Shown here in pieces: positions 1 through 6,350 of a stretch of 18,970 bases of DNA (positions are counted from its first letter, which is position 1; each line of letters starts with the position of its first letter). Under the pieces are notes generated by a model. That model was not told where the DNA came from, did no database searches, and saw only the letters and a list, made by a program, of their open reading frames with translations. A program made the translations under genes and the position numbers. The DNA is taken from contig JBGCFM010000195.1 in NCBI GenBank assembly GCA_045106895.1, positions 1 to 18,970 of the forward strand, read 5' to 3'. This DNA comes from Polyangiales bacterium (GTDB lineage Bacteria; Myxococcota_A; Polyangia; Polyangiales; Houyiibacteriaceae).

Positions 1-62
1 TATCGACGGGCGACCGATTCTTTCAGTTCCTGGGAGTGCCGTTTCGATTTCCTTGCTTTCAT
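1..62 (-). CDS. Probable transposase N-terminus (IS3-like OrfA), truncated by the window edge
   Basis: The minus strand from the ATG at 62 reads MKARKSKRHSQELKESVARR, with GGAAG 8 nt upstream. This resembles the basic 'R-[YH]-S-x-E-x-K-x-x-V' start of IS3-family OrfA HTH proteins. Only 20 codons are visible, and it is not in the supplied ORF track. Confidence 0.5.
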   Translation of the reverse strand, partial: MKARKSKRHSQELKESVARR

Positions 63-127
63 GTCAGTGCTTCCATCGCCCAAGTTTCGAAAGACCCGAT
101 TTTTTAGGCGACAACTATCCTGACGCA
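1..127 (-). mobile_element. Probable insertion sequence left end (IS3-like)
   Basis: The minus strand from 127 reads TGCGTCAGGATAGTTGTCGCC, a 5'-TG end 65 nt upstream of the transposase-like ATG. The region is locally more AT-rich. The partner inverted repeat and target duplication lie outside the window. Confidence 0.45.
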
Positions 128-132
128 GGGGG

Positions 133-190
133 TCCGGTTCCGTTTCCGGTTCCGTTTCCGGTTCCGGTTCAGTTTTCGGTTCAGCTGAAC
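133..190. repeat. Hexamer tandem repeat TCCG(G/T)T ending in a 12-bp palindrome
   Basis: tccggt tccgtt tccggt tccgtt tccggt tccggt tcagtt ttcggt tcagct (133-186). GTTCAGCTGAAC at 179-190 is a perfect palindrome. Confidence 0.9.
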
Positions 191-223
191 ACTCGAACGA
201 TCAAGTCCCCCGGTGGGCCAGGA

Positions 224-691
224 CTAGTAGTCGTCGAGGAGAAAGTACGCCCGAAGCCCCTCGGCGTGTCGAAGGCTTCGCCTTGCGTAACGACTCTTGC
301 TCATCGACGACAAGACCAAGTCTGCATCGTCATCGCTCACTTCGAGCAAGTACACCTGGTGGTCCCAGGCGGGGTCGCCAGGCTGTTCTTCGTCTTCGGC
401 ATAGCCGACAAACGCGACGCGTCCTTTGCGCAGGTGTCCCCAGTTGTATCCAAGCTTCATCTCCTTCAGGACGAAGGGTTGGTCAGTGGTGAGCATCATC
501 GCACCGGCCCAGTACGTCACCTCGGGCCTTTGGTAGGGCTCCGGCACAAAAGAGTGCTGCGGCACCATCTCCTTCAAGAAGGAGTTGAACTTCTCAACCA
601 CCCGCGGCTCTACGAGGCCAGGCGTCCATCCTGCACAGGCAGCTTCCACCACGGAAGAGCGGGTCAGAATGAATGTCCCGATCTGCGACAC
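224..691 (-). CDS. Hypothetical protein (155 aa)
   Basis: GTG-start ORF with protein-like composition (aromatic and acidic residues, not an Arg/Pro/Ala shadow) and G/C-ending codons. No family recognised. Confidence 0.7.
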   Translation of the reverse strand: MSQIGTFILTRSSVVEAACAGWTPGLVEPRVVEKFNSFLKEMVPQHSFVPEPYQRPEVTYWAGAMMLTTDQPFVLKEMKLGYNWGHLRKGRVAFVGYAEDEEQPGDPAWDHQVYLLEVSDDDADLVLSSMSKSRYARRSLRHAEGLRAYFLLDDY

Positions 692-849
692 GTCGCAACG
701 GTATCATGCAGCCTCGGTTCTCTGTGCGTCGTCGCGTAGGCCACCCCGCGCGATGAGGCAAAAGCCCAAAGCTATTGTCACTGAGCGCGTCCCCGCACAA
801 GCGGTCCCACCAGAGGGATACGCGACGTGCGATTTGAAGCGTAAGAAGG

Positions 850-1078
850 TTCGGGGTGGGCGCACGAGAGGCAAAGGGATCGAGGCCGTCTCTTACAAAG
901 CGGTGGAGCGCCGACAGCTACACAAAGCCTTGGTGCAGCCCCTCGCCATGCATGTCCGGTTCCTCAAGGCACATAGCGCGCTGGACGTAGGCCTGAAGTG
1001 AGAGACCTTGTGTCGCCGCATGGGGCGGCGATACAAAGCAGGCCGAAAACCCTTTGCCTCTCGTGCGCCCGCCCCGAA
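850..1078 (+). ncRNA. Candidate structured ncRNA or non-autonomous element closed by a 29-bp inverted repeat
   Basis: 850-878 TTCGGGGTGGGCGCACGAGAGGCAAAGGG pairs with 1050-1078 at 28/29 positions (one G.T). Inner helices are 888-896/998-1006 and 1008-1019/1025-1036. The non-Watson-Crick pair in each helix is G.U on the + strand. The repeat is certain; its identity as an RNA is inferred. Confidence 0.5.
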
Positions 1079-1155
1079 TCACTCGTGCACTTGGATTATT
1101 GTGTGAGTTGTCGACTTGGATCGGAACGGCAGAGCCTTGAGATCAGCGAAGCGTT

Positions 1156-2772
1156 CTAAGCGAGAGGACGCGGACGGTAGTTGAACGCGCTCGAATGCAC
1201 CGGCGCGCCGTACGTGCGCAGCTGATGCGCCCGCGTGATCGCCGCGGCACCTTCGAGAAGGTTCAGCGCGATCTGCACCACGGTTCGACTGGCGGGAGGC
1301 TCAAGGAAGGAGCCCTTTACCCAGTCGTTGAATGCACCCATCGCCGGGCCGCACCAAATCTGGTAGTCGAGGCGACGCGGCGCTTCGCCCCAGATGGCCC
1401 ACTTGCTTGAGAGTCCGAGGTACCAGCGAAACACCAGCGCCATCTTGTGCTTCGGGTCCGCTTCGGCGCGCTGTACTTCGCGGGGGTCGCGCTTGGCGAA
1501 GAAGGCGCGGGTGCCTTCCCAGATCTCGTCTGCCGGGGCGCCGAGGACCTGCTTCTCTAGCTTCTGGCGAAAGTCGGCGGGCATGGACTCAAGGGAGTCG
1601 TAGTCGCGGTAGGCGGCGTAGAGGCGATGCGCGCGTGCGCCGAACATGGTGCCGCGTTGAAGCACCTGCACTTTGACGCCCATCTCGAACATGTCCGCCG
1701 CCGGCGCCATGACGACATCCGCCATGCTCGCCTCCGCCAAGAGATCTTTGCCCACTTGGCTGAGTCCCGATTCGATGGCGCTCTGGTTGACGCTTCCGGT
1801 GAGCACGAAGTCCGCGCCGTAGCCGAAGGCCGCCGCGACGGAAGCCGGCGTGCCGAGGCCGCCTGCAGCGCCGACGCGAATGGGCCGCTCGTAGCCGTGC
1901 TCGCGGACCATGCGGTCACGAAGCATCGCGACCACGGGAAAGACCGCGCCGAGGGTTTGGTTGTCGGTGTGTCCGCCGCTGTCGCTCTCGACGGTGAAGT
2001 CTTCGGCGACGGGAAGGCGCGCCGCAAGGGCCGCTTCGCTCGCTGTGAGCTGGCCCGCTTTGACGAGGCTATCCAGCATCGCTTTCGGTGGCGGCGCCAT
2101 CATGCGCGCGGCGGTTTCAGGCCGTGAGATCTTGGCGAAGACGAAGTTCTCGCGGACCACTTTTCCGCCTTCTTCGCGAACACCCGTAAAGGCGTAGCGA
2201 ACGAGCGGCGCCGTCAGGTCCATGTAGGCGCTGGCGCTCACGCGTCGTACGCGCCTCTGGATGAAGAGGTCCGCCACGGATGCTTCGAGTTCCGGCTCGT
2301 TGGGCGAGTGGATCAAGTTCGCGCCCCAGCTCTCGCCGTGGGTGAGCGCCATCTCGATGCGGTCGAGGTTTTCTGTGACGACGTCGGGCTGAAGACCCGC
2401 CGAGCCGAAGAAGCCGAGCATGCCTGCGCGGCCCATCTCGATCACGATCTCCGCCGTCGCGATGCCGTTCGCCATGGCGCCGGCGACATAAGGGAAGCGC
2501 AGGTTGTGCACTTCGCAGAAGCCGCGGTCGCCGAGCCACTCGGGGTAGAGCGCGGGGAGTGTGCCGAGGATGGGAAAGCCGCTCGTTCCGACGCTTCCTT
2601 CACGCGCGACACCGACTCTGCCGCTTTGCGGATCGCGAATGACGTGAGTCGCTCGTCGAAAGTCGTGGACGGCGCTGCGAATCGCGTCGCGGTCAAATCC
2701 AGGGGCTTCGGGACCCGGCGTCCATGCGCCGAAGTGTTGGAGTTCATTCATGGTTGGCCGGACGGCATACAC
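1156..2772 (-). CDS. pfaD: PfaD-family enoyl-ACP reductase (PUFA synthase/polyketide ER, FMN-dependent, FabK-like fold)
   Basis: Motifs PYVAGAMANGIA, NLIHSPNEP, VSASAYM, FAKISRPE, ESDSGGHTDN, VGAAGGLGTP, TGSVNQ, APAADMFEMGVKVQVL, KMALVFRWYLG and YQIWCGPAMGAFNDW. The start could be GTG 2772 or ATG 2751. Confidence 0.95.
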   Translation of the reverse strand: MYAVRPTMNELQHFGAWTPGPEAPGFDRDAIRSAVHDFRRATHVIRDPQSGRVGVAREGSVGTSGFPILGTLPALYPEWLGDRGFCEVHNLRFPYVAGAMANGIATAEIVIEMGRAGMLGFFGSAGLQPDVVTENLDRIEMALTHGESWGANLIHSPNEPELEASVADLFIQRRVRRVSASAYMDLTAPLVRYAFTGVREEGGKVVRENFVFAKISRPETAARMMAPPPKAMLDSLVKAGQLTASEAALAARLPVAEDFTVESDSGGHTDNQTLGAVFPVVAMLRDRMVREHGYERPIRVGAAGGLGTPASVAAAFGYGADFVLTGSVNQSAIESGLSQVGKDLLAEASMADVVMAPAADMFEMGVKVQVLQRGTMFGARAHRLYAAYRDYDSLESMPADFRQKLEKQVLGAPADEIWEGTRAFFAKRDPREVQRAEADPKHKMALVFRWYLGLSSKWAIWGEAPRRLDYQIWCGPAMGAFNDWVKGSFLEPPASRTVVQIALNLLEGAAAITRAHQLRTYGAPVHSSAFNYRPRPLA

Positions 2773-3000
2773 CAGAGGGCAGGTCGGTCACGTCTTTGTT
2801 TCGTCACTGGTGGCGCGCGCCGGCACAGGCGCCCGACGCGGGTCCATAAGTGTATGAAACGAAAAAGAAAAGAGGTGACGCGGTGCGTCGTCCGGGAAGC
2901 GGACAAAGCGCGAATCACGTTCGCGCCTACGCGTCAGAAATAGTCCAAGACTGGCTCTCAACCGGCCTCCTGTGACACCATCGCCAGGAGGTTTTATTTT

Positions 3001-4062
3001 ATGCATCGAAATAGTCGCGCTCTCGCCATCACATTTGTCCTCTCCGCTTTCTCGGTTTTGTCCGTGGGGTGTGGAGACGACGACACCTCCGACGTCGGGT
3101 GCTGCGCCGCCCTTCCAGGCCAGGATCAAGTCGTCTGTGACTCCCTCGAAGCCCTCGGCGAAGACCGCTGCAATATGATCAACTCGGGCGCCACATGCGC
3201 ATGGTCGTCCGCTCCGGAGTGCGCGAGCGCCGGCACCGACGCGGGCGGAAACGACACCGGCGCTGAAGCGGACGCCGCCGGTACGGATGGTGGCCCCGCC
3301 GCAGACGGCGGTCCTGCCGCGGACGGTGGTCCCACGGTGGACGGCGGTCCTGGCAGCGATGTTCCGACCGTCGACGCCGGTGAGATTGGCTGCTGTGTCG
3401 CTCGTGGCGACACCGACCAGATGCTCTGCGATGAAGTGGAGCCCTTTGGCTTGGAACGCTGCAACGCCGTGAACGACGGCGAGAGCTGCGGCTGGTCCGA
3501 CGAACCAGCGTGTGCGCCAGAACCCACCGACGCGTGTTGCGTGGCTCAGCCAGGAATGTCCCAGGACCTTTGTGATGAAGTCGAGCCCTCGGGGGAGGAG
3601 CGTTGCAACCGTGTCGGTGGTGGCGAAGCCTGCTCTTGGTCGGATGTTCCCGAGTGCGCGCCCGCACCCGTGGGCTGCTGTGTGGCACGCAACTCGGCCA
3701 ACCAGGCGATGTGTGACGCCCTCGAAGAAGCTGGCGAAGAGCGCTGCACTGCCCTGAACGGTGGACGCACGTGTGGTTGGTCCGATGCACCCGAGTGCGC
3801 CCCCGTTGTTGAGCCCACTTGTTGCCAACCGATTGGCCCTCGCTTTGAAGAGACATGCGCCGCCCTTGAAGGCGACACCGAAGCATGCGCGGGTTCACGC
3901 GTCTGCAACTGGAACCGCTCGTGCGAGCCCGTCGCTCCCGTCGTTTGTTGTGTCGGCGTCGTGCCTGACAATGACGAAGGATGCGCGACGCTCGCGGGAA
4001 GCATGGCACGCTGCGACGCCACCCGACGCTGCGTGTGGAACGAGGATCCGAGCTGCCGCTAG
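3001..4062 (+). CDS. Cysteine-rich repeat lipoprotein (six 6-Cys repeats)
   Basis: AGGAGG ribosome-binding site upstream; signal peptide with lipobox-like LSVG-C. Four repeats of CC-x10-C-x10-C-x8-C-x-W-x5-C and two shorter variants. Acidic DGG linker after repeat 1. Confidence 0.9.
   Translation: MHRNSRALAITFVLSAFSVLSVGCGDDDTSDVGCCAALPGQDQVVCDSLEALGEDRCNMINSGATCAWSSAPECASAGTDAGGNDTGAEADAAGTDGGPAADGGPAADGGPTVDGGPGSDVPTVDAGEIGCCVARGDTDQMLCDEVEPFGLERCNAVNDGESCGWSDEPACAPEPTDACCVAQPGMSQDLCDEVEPSGEERCNRVGGGEACSWSDVPECAPAPVGCCVARNSANQAMCDALEEAGEERCTALNGGRTCGWSDAPECAPVVEPTCCQPIGPRFEETCAALEGDTEACAGSRVCNWNRSCEPVAPVVCCVGVVPDNDEGCATLAGSMARCDATRRCVWNEDPSCR
3281..3352 (+). repeat. Imperfect 18-bp coding tandem repeat (four DGGP units)
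   Basis: Encodes GTDGGP-AADGGP-AADGGP-TVDGGP within the lipoprotein linker. Confidence 0.8.
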
Positions 4063-4652
4063 TTCGTCCGCTCCTGCCACGTTTCGGCGTCGACGACATC
4101 TTGTCGGAACGTCGCGTGGCAGGTCGTGCATGCCTGTAGCGTAAGGTTTGTGGCGCGTAAGACGGCGGGAGTGTCATGCGTTCGTGCGGCGACCGCAATG
4201 GCATCCGCCCGTCGATGAAAGTCGAGGGCAAGGTCTGTGAAGCCGGCCGCGCCAGCCCCCATGTGCTGGCACATATGCTCCATCTGCGGCGACGTGCCGA
4301 TGAGCAACGCGGCCTGCTCAACCTCCTCCCAGTTCTCGTCGGACAGTCCACCGGTGATGCGCTGGATCGCGACGAGGTGTTCCATCATGTTTTGCTTCTG
4401 GTGCCAGGCCATCATCGGCTGAAGCGGCACGGGACGTCGCTCGTCGAGGCTGTTCAACTCGTCCACCGCGCCGCACTCGTTCTCCGGGCTTGGGGCGCCT
4501 TGTTCATCTGCCCCTCGTTCACTTGCACCTCGTTCACTTGATTCACTGGCGAGCTGCTCGTCTGTGTCGACCTCCGTGGAGCTTTGGCACGCGGTCGCAA
4601 AAACGAGGGCGATGGCAAAGCAAAGCGTCTGCGTCGATGTCGTGGGCGTCAT
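4059..4652 (-). CDS. Class II (cytochrome c'-like) monoheme cytochrome c lipoprotein
   Basis: Lipobox-like FATA-C and a helical body. One CxxCH near the C-terminus (ACTTCHATFR), the class II pattern. Its ATG overlaps the MarR stop (ATGA, 4649-4652). Confidence 0.85.
   Translation of the reverse strand: MTPTTSTQTLCFAIALVFATACQSSTEVDTDEQLASESSERGASERGADEQGAPSPENECGAVDELNSLDERRPVPLQPMMAWHQKQNMMEHLVAIQRITGGLSDENWEEVEQAALLIGTSPQMEHMCQHMGAGAAGFTDLALDFHRRADAIAVAARTHDTPAVLRATNLTLQACTTCHATFRQDVVDAETWQERTN
4498..4540 (-). repeat. 15-bp coding tandem repeat (SERGA-SERGA-DEQGA)
   Basis: CCTCGTTCACTTG occurs at 4513-4525 and 4528-4540, with a degenerate copy starting at 4498. It encodes the lipoprotein tether. 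Confidence 0.8.
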
Positions 4653-5092
4653 TCTTCTTGTTCCTCATTCATGGCGTTTGCGAGAACTTCGAGCGCGCCG
4701 ATGATGCTCTCCGTTTGACCCTTGAGTGCGCCCGCGAGGGTCGCGAAATGAGCCGTGCTCGACTCATCAACGCTCTTCGCCAGGGCCCGGCCGCGGGCGG
4801 AGAGTGCGACGACCACGGCTCGTCCGTCTTCGGGGTGTGCGCCCCTGGTCATCTCGCCGGAGCGCTCCATGCGAGCGCAGAGGCGCGATACGTTTGTGCG
4901 GTCGATGGCGAGTCGCGATGAAAGCTCACTCACCGTCATCGGCTCGGCATCCAGAAGCTCGAGCAATGCGTAGGCGTGGGGCAAGGAGAGCCGAGCGCCG
5001 CATGGGCGGGTCGCTTCCTTCAGGGTGCCGTGAGCCAAGACGAGCCGACGAAGGGCGTCACGGAGCCTACGCGCGTTGTTGGGGGCCTCCAT
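4649..5092 (-). CDS. MarR-family transcriptional regulator
   Basis: 147 aa winged-HTH pattern: ALLEL...MTVSELSSRLAIDRTNVSRLCARME..G.MTR..HPEDGRAVVVALSARG. Confidence 0.93.
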   Translation of the reverse strand: MEAPNNARRLRDALRRLVLAHGTLKEATRPCGARLSLPHAYALLELLDAEPMTVSELSSRLAIDRTNVSRLCARMERSGEMTRGAHPEDGRAVVVALSARGRALAKSVDESSTAHFATLAGALKGQTESIIGALEVLANAMNEEQEE

Positions 5093-5097
5093 CGTGG

Positions 5098-5144
5098 GTG
5101 GGAGCTTAGGGCAATGTACGTGGGAGCTTAGGGCAATGTACGTG
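5098..5144. repeat. Perfect 22-bp tandem duplication
   Basis: GTGGGAGCTTAGGGCAATGTAC at 5098-5119 and 5120-5141, followed by GTG. Confidence 0.95.
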
Positions 5145-5156
5145 CGATCGCACGTA
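5139..5156. promoter_or_regulatory. 18-bp perfect palindrome, probable MarR operator
   Basis: TACGTGCGATCGCACGTA lies in the divergent marR/DUF2167 intergenic region, 46 bp from the marR ATG. MarR dimers typically bind such palindromes at their own promoters. Confidence 0.65.
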
Positions 5157-5219
5157 TGTCGTTCGGTGAATGCTGAGAGGACTGGTTGACCGGCTCCTAC
5201 CCGCGGTCAAAGGCGACAC

Positions 5220-6347
5220 ATGCGTCGCTTCAAGTTCCTATGGCTGGCCTGTCTGGCTTTCCCCTTCGTTGTCTCTGCTCAAGAGCCCGAGTCGATCCCC
5301 GAGATGGTCGACGAGGCTCTTCCTGGAGAGCATGGAAGCGCTGAAACCCCGGAAGCGATGTCTCCTGAAGAGGCTGCCCTCGCGGAAATTCGCGCTGCGT
5401 TGACGCCGGAGGAGTTCGAAGAGCTGAGCGCGGAGCTCGCGGCCATCGGTGAACTCGAAGCAAGCCTCAGCCCGCAGTCCGGCGTGATCACGTTGGGCGA
5501 TGGTCTGGCGACCATCGATGTGGGTGAGAACCTTCGCTACCTCAGCCCCGAGGACACGAACCGAGTCATCCAAGCGTGGCAGAACCCGCCGATGCCGGAC
5601 ACCCTCGGGATGCTCATTCCCACGGACCGCTCGCTCTTTGGAGAGACGAACTGGGCCGTGGTGATGACCTACGCCGAGGACGGCTGGGTCGACGACGAAG
5701 ACGCCGATGATCTCGACTACGACGAGCTCTTGGAAGAGATGCAGAGCGACACCGAGACGGAGAACGAAGAGCGCGTGCGAATGGGGCTGCCCACGATGCG
5801 TTTGCTCGGCTGGGCGGAGCCGCCGCACTACGACGCGAACACCCATCGCTTGTATTGGGCGAAGCACCTCGAGACGGACTACGGCGGCGAGCTCATGACG
5901 AACTTGAACTACTCGACGCGTGTCCTGGGTCGCCGCGGCGTCCTCGAACTCAACGCCGTTGCCGGCATCGAAATGCTCGACGAAATCCGAGGACATATGG
6001 GCGAAGTGCTCGGCCGCGTGGAGTTCGAATCGGGGCACCGCTACGAAGACTTTGACCCAGAACTCGACGACGTCGCCGCCTACGGAATCGGCGCACTCAT
6101 CCTGGGGAAGTTCGCAGCGAAAGCGGGATTCTTCGCCATGATCGGTCTCTTCCTCCTGAAGATGAAGAAGCTCCTCGTCCTCTTGGTCCTCGGAGGACTC
6201 GCGCTCGCTAAGCGCTTCTTTGGACGCTCCCCGGCGAAGGGCTCGGACGATGCGCTCAGCGAGCCGGACGATTCCCTCGGCGGCGAGCCAGACGGTCTCG
6301 ATGACGACTCGCCCGAGGAGAGCGACGACGAAACGCGAGAGCCTTAA
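5220..6347 (+). CDS. DUF2167 domain membrane-anchored protein
   Basis: Signal peptide; W.NPP...LG, WAVVMTYAEDGWVDD, LLGWAEPPHYD..THRLYWAK, LNYSTRVLGRRGVLELNAVA, GHRYEDFDP..D.VAAYGIGALILG; C-terminal transmembrane segments and an acidic tail. Confidence 0.9.
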   Translation: MRRFKFLWLACLAFPFVVSAQEPESIPEMVDEALPGEHGSAETPEAMSPEEAALAEIRAALTPEEFEELSAELAAIGELEASLSPQSGVITLGDGLATIDVGENLRYLSPEDTNRVIQAWQNPPMPDTLGMLIPTDRSLFGETNWAVVMTYAEDGWVDDEDADDLDYDELLEEMQSDTETENEERVRMGLPTMRLLGWAEPPHYDANTHRLYWAKHLETDYGGELMTNLNYSTRVLGRRGVLELNAVAGIEMLDEIRGHMGEVLGRVEFESGHRYEDFDPELDDVAAYGIGALILGKFAAKAGFFAMIGLFLLKMKKLLVLLVLGGLALAKRFFGRSPAKGSDDALSEPDDSLGGEPDGLDDDSPEESDDETREP

Positions 6348-6350
6348 GGC

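Noticed and set aside
750..770. Hammerhead-like GCGATGA-GGC-AAAA-GCC-CAAA
   Set aside because: The core needs CUGANGA and GAAA. Three conserved positions differ, and no convincing stems I and III were found.
931..990. HDV-like ribozyme (TGGTGCAGCCCCTCGC resembles the HDV P2-P3-L3 region)
   Set aside because: No P3 3' strand or P1.1/J4-2 pattern could be built in the required order.
53..1001. Plus-strand ORFs 53-739 and 585-1001
   Set aside because: The first is an antisense shadow of the 155-aa gene that reads through the microsatellite. The second is Arg/Ala-rich with no motif and runs across the structured element.
850..1078. Integron attC site or complete retron
   Set aside because: It lacks the RYYYAAC...GTTRRRY end arrangement and is long for an attC. 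There is no reverse transcriptase in the window.
2811..2825. Sigma-54 promoter-like TGGCGCG...GC (a similar motif occurs at 18843)
   Set aside because: The GG-to-GC spacing is off by one base from the strict -24/-12 consensus in both cases.
133..5144. CRISPR array at 133-190 or 5098-5144
   Set aside because: The repeats are directly tandem with no spacers, and no cas genes are present.
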